DNA of 64,000 nt, taken from NCBI GenBank assembly GCA_028023455.1, contig JAQFVV010000006.1:744001-808000 (forward strand), written 5' to 3'. The notes under the pieces are model-generated. The model was not told the origin of the DNA. It was given only the letters and a program-made list of their open reading frames with translations, and made no database searches. The DNA is from Epiperipatus broadwayi. Its lineage: Eukaryota; Animalia; Onychophora. This document shows, one piece after another, positions 27,536-41,999 of the stretch (positions are counted from its first letter, which is position 1; each line of letters starts with the position of its first letter). The position numbers and the translations under genes were made by a program.

Positions 27536-30372
27536 TGAAACAGTAAGATTCAAATTTTAAGTTTCACCTTTTTCTATCGTCTCTCACCCACCACTTTATC
27601 CTACCCAAATTTAAACTTTATGGTATCGAATTGTATGTAGCCATATTAAAAATGTAAAATATCTGTAAAATTCACCATAAATGCACACACACTTTGATAA
27701 CAAATTTAAAGCAATAAATATGTAATTTAAATTTCTTTTTTAGTTATATAATTTTATATAACTTTAACTATTTATTTTAAATTATAAATGTTCGTTAGTT
27801 TATTGCTTTTTTTAAAATCGTATTTTAAATAATAATTTTGGAAATTAGATTGTAATTCAAAAGAAAAGTAAAAATAATTATATGTTCCCTTTTGTACTTG
27901 AAATTTTGCAAGTAATGGTCAGTGAGAGACAATAGATTAATTAATTAAAAAATTCCCTAAAAGCTTTAATTATGAAAATGTTAAAAAGTAAAATAAACCT
28001 AAACAATAGGAATGCAGCTTTGTAAATTAATTAAACTTATAAAAATGCATTGATCCTTCTTGGGGCAAATAAATGGAGATAAAAATAAAATATAATAAAA
28101 ATTTAAAAGATAAGATAAAGAAAAGAGGATATCTTGGATTTCTAAGAACTTTTTAGTTAAACTTTGGCTGTGCTCTTGCTTGCTTGAGAGAATTCAAATC
28201 TTAAAAATTAATTTGTCCACTACAAGATGATCGAGTAGGAAGCACCCAGACTATTCTCCTCTGGAGATGGTCAATCATATGCTCGAACCTCCACATGTGG
28301 CCTTCACCAATTAAACCAAAAGGATCTGCTGCCCAAACAATCGTAAAGCTGCTGCTGCTATTGAAATGAATCAATAACCTGAGTGCTGGAAAAAACTGCT
28401 ACTGTTTGAACTCACGAACAATCTGCTACTGACCATGGAATCTGAAAGCTTCTTATAAAACAGGTACCTGTACCCAAGGCCATCTAGAGTACTATAAATA
28501 TTGGTCAAGCTATAGCTCACTCTATATATAAATTGTACAATTATTAATTTCATTATTAATCTATTATGCAAATAGCTTTAATAATCTAGCTTACCTAACT
28601 TTGTCTATTTCTAAGGTATGTATTTCTAAATTTATATTTTTTATTATTATCTAATGATAGCATGCCTATAAGATTTCCAATCAGACCTTGCCAAATTTTA
28701 AATATAAATCTTAATCAAAATGGTTGCCATCTTGTACAGTGACTTACTAATTAAGATTTCCAATCAGACCTTGCCAAATTTTAAATATAAATCTTAATCA
28801 AAATGGTTGCCATCTTGTACAGTGACCTACTAATACATTTCTTTTATATACTCATGTTGGCTGGTTGGCTCGGAAATCTCCATAACTCTCTAGATACAAA
28901 TACATGATTGCCTGAAACAGTAGATGCGTGTCCTGTAAATCATATAATTAATATTTACTTGTATAAATTATTTTATTTTTATATAAACTGACATGCATTC
29001 GGTGCTTCATTTATTGTAAATGCAGGGGTCTACTGTATAGCAAGTGGTGGACATGTTCTTAATACCCACCCAACTGACCTATTGCTTTTACACTTTGTTT
29101 TTAATTTTAAGTAATAAATCCATTAATGCATTTCTTTGAGAGCCAAATAATATTTATTAAATGTTGGTAATGTAGGACCGAGTCATAAATTTATATTAAA
29201 TCTTAACAAAATATTATGTGAATTATACCTGTGTTATGGTTTAGAGATGTGATAAACCATTATGAGCCTTGGATATCCCGGATCCTACAGGATTTACTGA
29301 ATCCCAGTCGTCCTACACAAGTGGACATAATGAATCTTCCCATAGGACTTGATGTGCATCATGCAGTCAGGGACTAAGCAGCATGAACCCTTTGTACCTG
29401 ATTGTGCTTATGTGACATCTTACCTTTGCGCCTATGGCAAATGCCAGCCCATTGTTTTAAACTCATCCATTGGCTTCACAGTTTTAATGTACTGCCACAC
29501 TCGCATCACAATTCTAAATGTACCACGTGTTTCTTATTATTAATTTTATTATCTCATGCATGACTTCATCTCTGCATTAATGACATAAATTCACTCTCAA
29601 ATAAATGTCTGCCCATAATTAATCACTTATAAATATCTTAGTTCATTAAATAAAATATATGTCTGCAGCTGCTAATATCAATCCTAATTTAGATCCTAAT
29701 TTAGACTCATGCATTGCAAAGATATTAAATCCCCAAAGGCATGTTCTTGAAATACTTGCTCAAGAATTCAGGTATCTAGATTACATCAGCCAAATAATTG
29801 TATGTCTTTGAAAATATAACAGTATTGGAGTAATACCGCTACTGAAAGTATAATATAATCAAATGTTTAATTAAATGATTTAGTATAAAATATTCTTATT
29901 AAATAATTTTAAACCATATGTCTGCTGTCATATATTTATTTATTTGACACTCATTCAATATACTATCTTTTCGATTATTTAAAATATAAATGTCTAATAT
30001 TAATATTATATATAGCTAACTCAAAAATAAAGTCTATGATGTATGATGTCTGCTGTCATATATTTATTTATTTGACACTCATTCAATATACTATCTTTTC
30101 GATTATTTGAAATATAAATGTCTAATATTAATATTATATATAGCTAACTCAAAAATAAAGTCTATGAGAGTCTCGCATCTCCCTAACCCCCGTGCCTAAA
30201 GAAATGTTATTAATGTGGCATCAGATATGTTGTTTCATAGAGTGTATTGTGGAACCGATAAACCATGTTTGAACTCAATACTACTTGTAGCTTCACTACC
30301 TATGGTGCTACTTTCAGTGTAGTGGTCGAATTCTGCACTATGTTAAAGAAGCATACGAATCTGACCGTTACA
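27536..30372. mobile_element. 2.8-kb insertion inside the 3' LTR with TG..CA ends and ATAT target duplication (solo LTR or deleted LTR element)
   Basis: Ends tgaaac..gttaca (near-inverted), flanked by atat at 27532-27535 and 30373-30376. The uninterrupted 5' LTR is continuous across this point. Confidence 0.6.
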
Positions 30373-33300
30373 ATATTTACTTTTAACAATTCTTACTCTG
30401 TAATAATAAAAAGAGAAAAAAAAACTAATTTAAATTTAAGATCACTAAAATTTTATGCTTGGGTTTGAACCTGTTTGGTAACAATACCCCCATTCCAAAG
30501 CCTTTAAATTTAAGATCACTAAAATTTTATGCTTGTTGTGACTAGGTTTGAACCTGTTTGGTAACAATACCCCCATTCCAAAGCCTACAAATACCTTTTA
30601 CATATTTGAATGACTTTTTTACAGCATTTCCTATCTTCTTATGTGTTGACCTGCTGGTCCCTGAGTTGTCCATACTTCCAGAGGGCCAGGTAGGCTTTAA
30701 TGATCAGGTGTTATATAATCCCTTGATTTCATGACCAATGTCCACACAAAATGCATTATCTCCTTGATTGTGACAGATGGTGTATGGGACCTCATACACA
30801 AGTTGCAGAATTTTTGGCACACAAATCTACCCAGGTCACTGATGTGTGGGGTTTTAACCATGACTCAATCTCCCACTTTAAATATGTGTTTCCAGTTCCT
30901 TATATTTCTTCTTTGTTGGTGGTTCACTCTCTGTAAGGTATCATATGCCCTGTCCTGGCCAATTTTTTTGTTAATACACAGTTCCTCCATCCCTATGTGA
31001 CCATTACAATATTTACCTTTAACAATTCTTACTATGTAATAATAAAGAAAGAGAAAAAAACTAATTTAAATTTAAGATCACTAAAATTTTATGCTTGTTG
31101 TGACTGGGTTTGAACCTGTTTGGTAACAATACCCCCCCATTCCAAAGCCTTCAAATACCTCTGACATATTTGAATGGCTTTTTTACAGCATTTTCTATCT
31201 CCTTATGTGTTGACCTGCTGGTCTCTGAGTTGTCCATACTTTCAGAGGGCCAGGCAGGCTTTAATGATCAGGAGTTATATGATCCCTTGATTTCACGACC
31301 AATGTCCACCAAAATGTATTATCCCCTTGATTGCAACAGATGGGGTATGGGACCTCATACACAAGTTGCAGAATTTTTGGCACACAAATCTACCCAGGTC
31401 ACTGATGTGTGGGGTTTTAACCATGACTCAATCTCCCACTTTAAATATGTGTGTCCAGTTCCTTATATTTCTTTTTCGTTGGTGGTTCACTTGCTGTAAG
31501 GTATCATATGCCCTGTCCTGGTCAATTTTTTGTTTAATACACGGTTCCTCCATCCCTGGTACAAATGTCTTAATCTGATGTGGGATGTGTTGTCCAAATT
31601 GGAAATGAAAAGGGATGACTCCTATTGATTCATTTATGAACCAGTTGATGAAGTTTACTACTTAAGGGGTCTATTTCACCCAACCCTTATGATTCATGCC
31701 TGTATAAGTGTGAACATGTGCCCTAACTCCCTCATCACCTGTTTACAAGGGTTATATTGAGGGTTCCGAATTGATGTAAAGATGTGCCTAATTCCCCAAT
31801 GATGGATCTACTAGTGCCATTTCTTCGATGTGAAGAGCATGACATGGTCAGATAAAATGCTCTTGGACTTTCCAGTCTCTGTGAAATGCCTCCTTTCTGA
31901 CATCTTGATAGCATTCTTTGCATTCACCTGCATGATTGGATTGTGAACACATGACAAGGAGATATTTTTTATTAAATGCTGGCAGAAGATCATAAAATTC
32001 CAAAGCTGCCATTTCTCTAGGTCATTTTGATATTGTGGACCACATAAGAGTGCCATGTAATTCCTCTTTGCTGGTTTGGTTCTCTGGCAGCCTTTGCTAT
32101 CTCACAACATGTCCACAATTGATGCATGTATTCTAGGCCAGTAAAACCACTTCTGAATCAAATGCTTCATTTTCAGAGCACCCTAGTGGCCATATATCTG
32201 GCACACATAGGTTGCCACATTCTTCCATAGCCTACGAGGTAACAGATTTCCATTCATCTTGGTCATCATGTTTCCTGTACTGCAAAATATTTTGATACAG
32301 CCAGTATCTTGGCTTTCCAGTCTCCTTCACATTCTCTCCACTTACTTTCTCTCCCAGACATTTGATCACCTCTTTCAATCTCTTATCTTGATGCTGCCAA
32401 TTCCCCAAATGAGCCAGGTTCTCTTCTACCTTTTTATTAACCCCAATACTCACACTGGCAATATACAAGTTCTCTGCACCAAGGTGACCAGGCCAATACC
32501 CTGATGGATTCTGACTCAGAATATCAGCTATGATGTTCTCCAGTCCCCAGCAATATTGAACAGTATAATCATATTTCTGCAGTAACAAACTCCAATGTAT
32601 CAACCGGCTGTTGGTAAAGTAACCAATTTATAAACTTCAGGCTCTTATGATCCATCACAATGATCACTCTGACCCTAATAAAAATGGATGGAACTTCTGG
32701 AATGCCCAGACAATCACCTGGGCCTTCTTTTTGGTAGTGGAGTAATTCAGCTCAAGACCCTTTAGTAGGCTGCTGATAAAATACAACACTCTCTTTTGCT
32801 TTCCTTCCTGTATTTATGATAGGGTAGCCCTTCCTGTATTTATGGTAGGGTAGCCTCCAAGCCATATTGACTACTGTCTGTCTGTACCACAAATGGTTTA
32901 GTAAAATCCAGAAATGAGAGCATAGCTTGTTTGGTGAACCCCTCTTTTATATCTTCGAGGGTCATTTACTGTTCCTGGTCCCACCTTCATGGGATGTATC
33001 CTTTTGCTTTCCTTCCTATATTTATGATAGGGTAGCCCTTCCTGTATTTATGGTAGGGTAGCCCCCAAGCCATATCCACTGCTGTCTGTCTGTACCACAA
33101 ATGGTTTAGTAAAATCCAGAAATGAGAGCATAGCTTGTCTAGTGAACCCCTCTTTTATATCTTCGAGAGCCTTTTACTGTTCCTGGTCATGGGATATCCT
33201 TTCTTAATAACCTAACCAGAGGTTCTGTGCATTTGGCTAGCCATTCATGGAATCTGTTGTAGAAATTACAAAGGCCCAGGAATGACCAGGTCTGCTTTTG

Positions 33301-33412
33301 AGATTTTTATGTGGTGACTCCCTGATGGCCAATACATTGTCCTGAAGTGGTTTTACCCCATCAGCCCAACCAGGTGACCCAAGAATGTTACATCATTTTC
33401 ATCATGATAACT

Positions 33413-33787
33413 TTAGTTTAAATTGATTTTGATACCCTTCTTCTGACATTCATGGAGAAATATGTTCATGTCTCTTTGATGCTCCTCAATACTAGATGAG
33501 GAAATTAACATGTCATCAATATACATAGTTACACATTTCTCTACATCATCTGCCAGAACTTGATCGAGGCACCTTACCAATCCTGCCCCATTATTTATGA
33601 GATCAAACAGTATTCTGTTAAACTGGCATGAGGATCCTTGATACTGAAATGCTGTGTATTGACAGTCCTCAGGATGGATCTGGATTTGCCAATAACTAGA
33701 AGTCAGATCAAATGTTGAGAAAATCTGTTTACCCTTGAATCCTAATAGTTCATGTATTGGGGGTGGAATATTGCAATCTGGGACCAT
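33413..33787 (-). pseudogene. Gypsy reverse transcriptase core fragment
   Basis: ORF track: FSTFDLTSSYWQIQIHPEDCQYTAFQYQGSSCQFNRILFDL..YIDDMLI. Confidence 0.9.
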
Positions 33788-35906
33788 TGCTCAGTTCAAT
33801 TGTCTGGTATCTAGGCATAATCTAATCATACCACCTTTCTTCTTAGCCACCACTAGAGGGTTACAGTATGGTGATGAACATTTAGATGTCCCCATTCCAT
33901 CATCGCTTAATTGTTTCTTACTGCCTCCCTATGTTGATAGGGTACTGGATAAGAGTGGGATTGTAATGGCTGGTCTTCTTTCAGGCTGGTCTTCTTTCAG
34001 TTTGATGCACTGATAAAAGCCCTGGACCACACTTGGTATTTCTGAAAACACTTGATGGTATTGATGTAATGTTTGCCTGAAGGCCTCCTCCTCTTCATTT
34101 GCAGAAATTATCTTCCTAATTTTGATCTTCAATCCTCCTGTCTCTTCCCACTCTATCTGTATTACTCCTATTGACTGATATAATTGCACTGTATTGTATC
34201 TGGTGGCCTCCCTTTACATATAAACTGACCTATTTTGAAATCTATTGCACATCTATACCTATTTAAAAAGTCTGACCCTATCAGGATATCAAGTATGATG
34301 TCTTTAATGACTAAAAATACATGAGGAAATGGTTTCCCATTGATATAAAGGTCCACACCTGCTTGGGCTCCACCCTTTCCATTTTGTTATTTGCCATTCT
34401 TATTTGGATTGGCTTAATAGAGAGGGTCTAGATGCTGAGATGCTGGTGCATGATTTGTGCACAGAATTCCTCAGACAGCACAGAGATTTGGTTGCCCAAG
34501 TCCACTATTGCCTCTCCAGGTCTCCCAGAAATCTCTATTTATATTTTTGGGCAGCCCTGACTTGCATACTTTGGAACCCCTTCTCTATCCGAACATATCA
34601 AATTTCCTAAGCACTTTTCTTCCCCCTGATCCAAATTTTGCTCTTTTCTTTCATTCCACCATTGTTCACTAACCTCCAGTTGTCCCAATGTCTTAAGTAC
34701 CATGTCTTCAATGACTAAAAACACATGAGGAAATGGTTCCCCATTGATATAAAGGTCTATCCACACCTGCTTGGGCTCCACCCTTCCCATTTTTGTTATT
34801 TGCCATTCTTATTTGGATTGGCTTAATAGGGAGGGTCTGGGTGCTGAGATGCTGGTGCATGATTTGTGCATATAATTCCTCAGACAGCACAAAGATTTGG
34901 TTGCCAGAGTCCACTATTGCCTTTTCATGCCTCCCAGAAATCTCTATTTATATTTTTGGGCAGCCCTGACTTGCGTACTTTGGAACCTCTTCTCTATCTG
35001 AACATATCAAATTTCCCAAGCACTTTTCGTCCCCTTGATCCAAATTTTGCTCTTTTCTTCTCTTCTACCATTGTTCACTAACCTCCAGTTGTCCCAATGT
35101 CGTATTGACTTCTCTTGCCCCTCATTTAATACCCCCCATTCTTGTCATTACTTTAATTGGCAGATTTCTACACATTTTACATTTTTTCTGATAACTTACA
35201 GGCCTCTAGTTTTTTCAGTTGTGACACTTAATGTCTGAAGAACTGGACACATGCTTCTCTCTCCCTTCATGAAACTTATTCTGGATAATGTGCACTTTGA
35301 TCGGCTCCTGATGTTTCTCACTCCAGATTGTTTTCTTCATCACCCTTTTGGACTGCCCACACATCTTTGATTGGGTCCTTAGTGATTCCCACCAGTCTAA
35401 CACATACTCCTGCAGGTGACTGTGGGCAACTATTACTTTACTGTGTTCCACCATCTAATATCTACCAGCCTCTCTCCTCTTCTCCCTTTAAATGTTTGGA
35501 TTTGAATCACTTCATTTCTTTCCTTCTCCATCTCTCTCACTCTTGTATATTCTTGCTTACTTCTGTGTTTTTCCTCTTTCTGATTGAACATCTCAGATCC
35601 ATCCTTCGATCCCAACACCTTGCACTGCCTTCTTGTTAGCCTCAACTACCATTTTACTACCTCTCTCTTCTATGATTTCATTTACCCCCTTTATTTGTTT
35701 TTCCTCTTTCCAATTGAACATCTCAGATCCATCCTCTGATCCCAACACCTTGCACTGCCTTCTTGTTAGCCTCAACTACAATGTTACTACCTCTCCCTTC
35801 TACGATTTCATTACCCCCTTTATTTGACTTTCTAAGTCTTGCTAAAACAGATTCCTCTCTACACAAATCTACTTCTCTTCAAGAGGCCCTTTAGTTGGGA
35901 CACAAT

Positions 35907-37516
35907 TGTAACAAAACCTCCCTTTCTAATGGACTGGTAGACAAATATACGTATATTTATAATCACATGTAAACATATGCGCGAATTATTAATTATAAGA
36001 ACATATAAAATCCGCACGCGTATGTATTTCATTCTAACAAACCTTTTTGATTCTAATCTCTGACAAAAATATAAATAAATTTTTCCAATGCATATTTAGG
36101 GACATCCACTGGATTCCAAGCACTAATCTTATATAATATAAGAATTATGTGAAGGGGATACTCTAATGATATGTCACTTGACACAAACACTTATAGATTA
36201 GAGAGGTTTGACTCTTGAGACTCAGATCAGGTGGCATTATCACCAGGAGCAGGTGTGAGTTGGGAATTAATCACCCTCATAAATAGCTACAAGTACATAT
36301 AAACAAAGAAAACAATATAAACACAATATATAATGTATGTGATTTACTGGCTAACAAATCTATCACAAGATTTGCTAGATGCCGTTAATTGATAATTTTA
36401 ATATGTATATATATGATTAAAGAACAACTGTATTATATGTTAACATAAAATTATTTTATTATATATATATGATCAAAGAACAAATTTATTACATGTTTAC
36501 ATGAAATAAATTTTCTGCTGTTTCCAGAAACTTGCACACCATCATACATACAATAAAGATTTAACAATCGAGAAGAGATTGAAAAGGAATTCTCCCCTTC
36601 TGTCTTTTTCTTAATATAAGTTTCTTATTTCTTTCACAATTTTTAGTTAGGTGTAAAGTGTGATGTCAGCCATAAACAGCCATACAAGCTTACCCAAATT
36701 ATTATTTCTTTTTTGTTATTTATAATGTCTAAAGAATCTGTTGAGGAATTTTTGATTGAATTTAATATAAAAGTTAATATTACCTGCATTTCCCTGGGGA
36801 ATTCGTAGAATGAAAACATTTATATTTATGAATATGAGTTCAGGTAAATGTATGATGCCATGTTGGTTTCTTCTTTACTTTAGCAATCTCACTTTCCTGA
36901 ACTGTCAATCGTGGTAGTAGCTTTCAATCCAATGAGACTGGTTCTTTCTAAAACAATCGTAGCAGCATACAATTAGCTAGAACCAGGATTTGAGTCCAAC
37001 ATGTTAGATGATTACCCCCACATTTCCATTTCTACCACCATTTTGTGAAAAACTATATTAAATTTCACTATGTAACTTATATTTTTCAAACTTTTACTTC
37101 GCTCTCTGCAGAGACAAGACTTCGAGCATTCTGGGTTCTTTTCTTTTATATCCCCCTCAATTCCATTTAGAAAGTTCACTGGTTTTCTATTTTAAGTTCT
37201 TGTTTTAGGCAACTGGATTCTTGTAAAGACACGTGAAAGTTCTTTAACAATTTCTGCACTTCTCACAATACAAAAAAAAATACAGAAGAAAATATAGGAA
37301 AACCTCATCTTTCTCCTCTCTAACCATCAAACTCATCCAAGCACACACCCATAACCAATACATACATAAATTTTTCAAAACAACAGAGTATGGCCCCTTT
37401 TTTTCTGAGATATATTTCCCTTTAACAATTCTTACCATGTAATAATAAAGAGAGAAAAAAATCAAACTAATTTAAATTTAAGATCATGAAAGTTTTATGC
37501 TTGTTGTGACAGGGTT
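35907..37516 (-). repeat. 5' LTR of the gypsy element (outer end truncated or diverged)
   Basis: Homologous to the split 3' LTR; homology stops after gcttgttgtgacagggttt. A possible decayed PBS tgtgtcccaac follows on -. Confidence 0.85.
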
Positions 37517-37740
37517 TATTTACCATTGTGTAAGTCAATTAACAGCCAAAAGGTCAGTGTTGAAAGGTAGGGGCTTGAGTAAAGTGAGGCAGCACTTGTT
37601 CGACTGCTTTGAATGATTTTAAATAAAACAGCACACTTTTTGGGGGGAAGATAATTGACTATTTTGATATATATATATATATATATATATATCAGCACAT
37701 TTTTTTGGGGAAGATAATTGACTATTTTGATATATATATA

Positions 37741-38945
37741 CACCTGGGTCTCTTTTTACGTGGACTTATTTAACATGATTTTGAAGTTACGCGATTCGTG
37801 TTTCCCTGGAAGTTGACCTCCGATAATGCGCTATTACTTTAAATAATAAATTTCATGCACTTACGTTATATTGAAAGTAATAGCACATAATTGGAATTCT
37901 ACTTTCATCTTAGTAATTTCAATATTTTCAGTGCTTTATAATAGTAAGAATTTATGCAATAATGAAATTAAAATCATGATTTCCACATTTTATGTATACA
38001 CGCATTAAAATTTACAAGATTATAATGTAAATTTGTTCAAACATTGTGCGTGTTAATTTTGCATTTTAAATCACATTCTGTTTTCGCTTTTTAAAAAAGA
38101 ACGTGATCAATTATTAATAATTTAGTGTCCACAAGTTTATTTTTAAAAGGTCAGTAATAGCAGTGGGCACAATTAAAAATTAAAATCTGATTTTTAATTG
38201 TAATTAACAATTTAAAAATTACTTATGGGCAACTTGAAATTAATGTGATGTAAAACAAAATTTGATTTTTAAATGGAATTGAAAATTAAAGACAAAAATA
38301 AGAATTTAATTTTTAGTTGTTAGTTTTAATTAAATTTTTCCCAGCAGTGGTGAATAAATGTCTTTTTATTATCATAAGTCTAAGTTCATGAACAATTAAT
38401 AAAATCATCATCGTCGTCAACAGAAAACCATTAACACAACATGAGAGTGAACTTGGCGCTAGTTGTATTTCCTCTTGTGAGAATAATTGCTCAGATATTC
38501 TTGACTTCGTTGAAGGAGAAGCCAAATACATCATATCACATCACGTGTGAATCTGATTTTTTACTAGTTTGCAAATGAACGTGTTTTTGGGCAAATAGCG
38601 ATAATAATTAAAACATGTATAAAAAAATGTAAATTACTGTACTGTAAATTATGCATAAAAATATATTATTTTGAATAAAATTAAATATTATAGTTAAAAA
38701 AAGTTTGTCTTGTATCAATTTTTTTCAAATTTGAAATTTTTTATTAGTCATATTTTATTTTCTTATTTATTTTTTTGCACGAATTTTAAAGTAATTTTAT
38801 GTTGGTGTTTTGCTTTTACGTGAATTTTGAAAAATCACAGACCGCATCTCCCCTTTTTTAATGTAAGTTACATCTATTTTTGCGCAATTTCGTTTGCGCG
38901 TGTTTTCTGAGGAACCTATCTATCGCGTAAAACGAGACCCAGGTG
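37741..38945. mobile_element. 1.2-kb non-autonomous TIR DNA transposon inserted in a (TA)n tract
   Basis: Termini cacctgggtctctttttacg and cgtaaaacgagacccaggtg (19/20 inverted match), TA repeats on both sides, no intact transposase. Confidence 0.8.
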
Positions 38946-40564
38946 TATATATATATATAAAGCTTTTTCATTTATAAACAATACATCTTTTTATAAAATA
39001 TCTATTATAAGTAGATTTTTAAATAAACCCAACACATCACATAATGTCAACAAAAAAGATGTTTTTTTTGTTTATATAAAACAAAATCTTTTTATAAAAC
39101 ATGTACAAGAATTTAAAAAAGAAAATCATATAATATAACAAAAAAAAAGCCATTTATTAACCCCTTCCCTCTGCAATTTTTAAAAATAAAAAAAGAAAGT
39201 GTCCATTATAATTTAAAATTAAACAAAAAAAAGGTTCCCTTATAATGTACATTTTTTAGAAAAAAAGTTATATGGTAAAGACACTACATTTGTAAAAAAA
39301 AAAAAAAAATGGTATATTTGAAAAAAAAAACTAGAGGCTCAGTAGTGTTATATCGCCATGTTTTTAAAGAGAAGCAACACCACCAGTAGATTACAGTGTA
39401 TAATTTACAACTACCTAAAATTCATATTGAGTTAGTGTCTGCAACCACTCTAACTTTGACCAATAGGAAGGAAGAATGAGATCCTGCACAACATAAAATT
39501 TTTAGACTTAGATATCATCAGACAGGACAATGTTTTAGACTATAGGATGATTTTAAAGCCATTAAATATAAGAGGCACCATATACTTAAGTCCAGTACTT
39601 TTTTCCCCCATAAATATACTGGTCTAAAAGGCTTTTTTCCATAGATACTTAAAGCTGTGCAAATTCGAGGCAGATCACAGAAGAAGCATCGATATATACA
39701 GTAAAGACCTAATAAATTATTGGGTACCATTCTAAAAAAATAACTGCAATTATCACAATTTTTATACAAAATCTTGCACTTCACAAACATTCAACCTGAT
39801 AATAAAAAATGGTCTAGTCTCACATATTTCGATACTCACAGTCAAATTAAAAAAAACATTTGTACCAATAAATACAATATCAGCTTTTGCTTGCCTCCAT
39901 CTTTAAATAAATTATTAAATAATTCAAAAAACTAAATACCTAGAAAGACTTCACATAAAATTGTGTACAAAAATAATAACAAAAAAACATAATTGCTTGA
40001 AGTCTTACTATGGTGAAATCCCGAGTAAGTTATCTCCATGACTTATCAAGCATAAATATCTGTACAACTAGGACAAAAAAAGTAATAAATACTCTATTTA
40101 AAATATACTCTATTTTCTTAGATCATGAGTTGCAATTAGGCCATAACTTTGGTTTCTCCATGGCTGACATTATTTGTTCTGAGAGAGATGGCAGAAAGAG
40201 AAAGATGAAGGAGATATGGTCAATAGCAAAAGGTCATCAAGCTATCAATAAAAAGGATTCTAACACCCCCTTTCTAAAAATGGCATTTGTAGCGACCACT
40301 TTCATCATTAGTACATAAAACTACTCCTAAAAATTCAATTTTATGATAATCTATTATTTAATATTTAAAAAGAACTTTAAATTTAGATCTTGACTTCCTT
40401 TACTCATATGCTATGACTATGACACTACTCGGTATTGAATGCGCTCAGATTTAAATAAATTTTTTTTTATTGCAAATTCATATCTGTTTTGTTATTTAAA
40501 ATGTTTTAACATTTTTTGAACTATTACAATTGTAATAATAAATAAATAATTATAACTTTTAAAT

Positions 40565-41405
40565 ATCTGGAATTGTGAAGCAGAAGCATCACCCAATATT
40601 AAAACAGCAAGCTAGAGTAATCAATGGATGCCAGAAGGCTTGTGCATAAAATCCTCATCTAGTGCCTACTCATCCAATATCCCCAGATTAGTTTCTGGCT
40701 TGTGGCCTCTTGGGATCTAATGCAACCCTCCAGCAACCACCTTTTATCTCCACTTAATACAAAACTATGAGTCTTAAACTGAAAACACCTTAATGTTTCC
40801 AATCCAAACCCATTAGCTTATATAGTCATATGGGTCTGAACTCAGTTCAGTACCAATACATTTTGGTGTCTTTGGTTCCTTAATAACCATAGCAACCAAT
40901 ATCCTATTAGGCAGGATTGGTTTTAAGCCAATAAACGTCACATGACTTTCTCCTCTTATGCTTGTGTATAACTGTTGTTAAAACAGGCAAAACTCACTAT
41001 ATATATTTTGTCACATACAGCAGGCTAGGGTAATCAATGGATGCCAGAAGGCTTGTGCATAAAATCCCCATCTAAGGCCTACTCATCCAATATCCCCAGC
41101 CTAGTTTCTGGCTTATGGCCTTGAGGAGCCAGAAACTAGTCTGGGGATATTGGATGAGTAGGCACTAGATGGGGATTTTATGCACAAGCCTTCTGGCATC
41201 CATTGATTACTTTAGCTTGCTGTGTGTGGCAATATGTATAGTGAGATTTTCCTGTTTTAACAACAGTTATACACAAGCATAAGAGGTGGGGTCATGTGAT
41301 GTTTATTGGCGTATCTCCCACTATGTTACATAGTTTCAAAAACCAATGGAAAGATAGAATAATGCCATTCTACCTTTGAGATCTGTTGCTACATAAGTTT
41401 AGTTA
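40565..41405. mobile_element. Fold-back MITE family B, copy 1, interrupted by family A copy A2
   Basis: gaattgtgaagcagaa..[A2]..gtatctcccactatgttacatag..aaagatagaat..attctaccttt aligns with the intact B copy at 41600-42039. Confidence 0.6.
40596..41310. mobile_element. Family A copy A2: tandem units (413-bp period) plus inverted arm
   Basis: taatcaatggatgccagaaggcttgtgcataaaatcc at 40618 and 41031, then the reverse complement from ~41120 to gtcatgtgatgtttattggc. The HHR 5' core is deleted in the first unit. Confidence 0.85.
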
Positions 41406-41736
41406 TTGATATGATTTTTAAATTATAGTGACTTTTGTCTATTGTTTTAATTTATATACAGTCTAAATGTTCTGCAACTGCCATTAATGTATTCAACAGA
41501 TAAAGAACGAGTCTTACTTTTAACAACCTTTGATCATTAAGTGAAATATTAGTTTTAATAACTGTAATAAGAAATAAATAATCGTAACTTTTAAATATCT
41601 GTAATTGTAAAGTGGAAATGATTATCTCCCACTAAGTTATGTAGCATCAAAACCCAAAATATCAACAGAATCCAAAGATAAAATGGTACCATTCTATCTT
41701 TTCATTGGTTTTTGGTGCTATGTAACTTAGTGGGAA

Positions 41737-41999
41737 AATTAAACAGGCAAAACTCTCCATACAGTAGTGCCACTCAGTGCAAGTCAGAGTAATCAATGGA
41801 TGTCAGAAAGCTTGTGCATAAAATCCCCATCTAGTGCCTATTCATCCAATGTCCCCAGACTAGTTTCTGACTTGTGGCCTTCATCAGTGAGGAGCTTTGA
41901 ATCTGAGAGTGCTGCACCTTCATTGCACTACTGTATGGAGAGTTGTGCCTGTTTAATAATAGTTATGAGAAAGCATAAGAAACAGTGATCATGTGGTGA
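41737..41999. mobile_element. Family A copy A3 with 13-bp TSD
   Basis: TSD aacttagtgggaa at 41724-41736 and 42000-42012; HHR on -. Confidence 0.9.
41852..41893 (-). ncRNA. Minimal type I hammerhead ribozyme (family A)
   Basis: UCCUCA CUGAUGA AGGC CACAA GUCA GAAA CUAG UC|UGGGGA: intact core, A.A mismatch at the base of stem II. Confidence 0.75.

Larger units (their letters stand above)
25989..37516 (-). mobile_element. Decayed Ty3/gypsy LTR retrotransposon with both LTRs, internal tandem duplications and a nested insertion
   Basis: LTR homology between 25989-27535 (+30373-30483) and 35907-37516. Minus-strand gag (~35830-35100), protease MDSGNQIFVLSEE (twice), RT FSTFDLTSSYWQI..YTAF..YIDD (33787-33413), RNase H, integrase, and PPT ggaatggggggg before TGTTACC. 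Confidence 0.9.
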
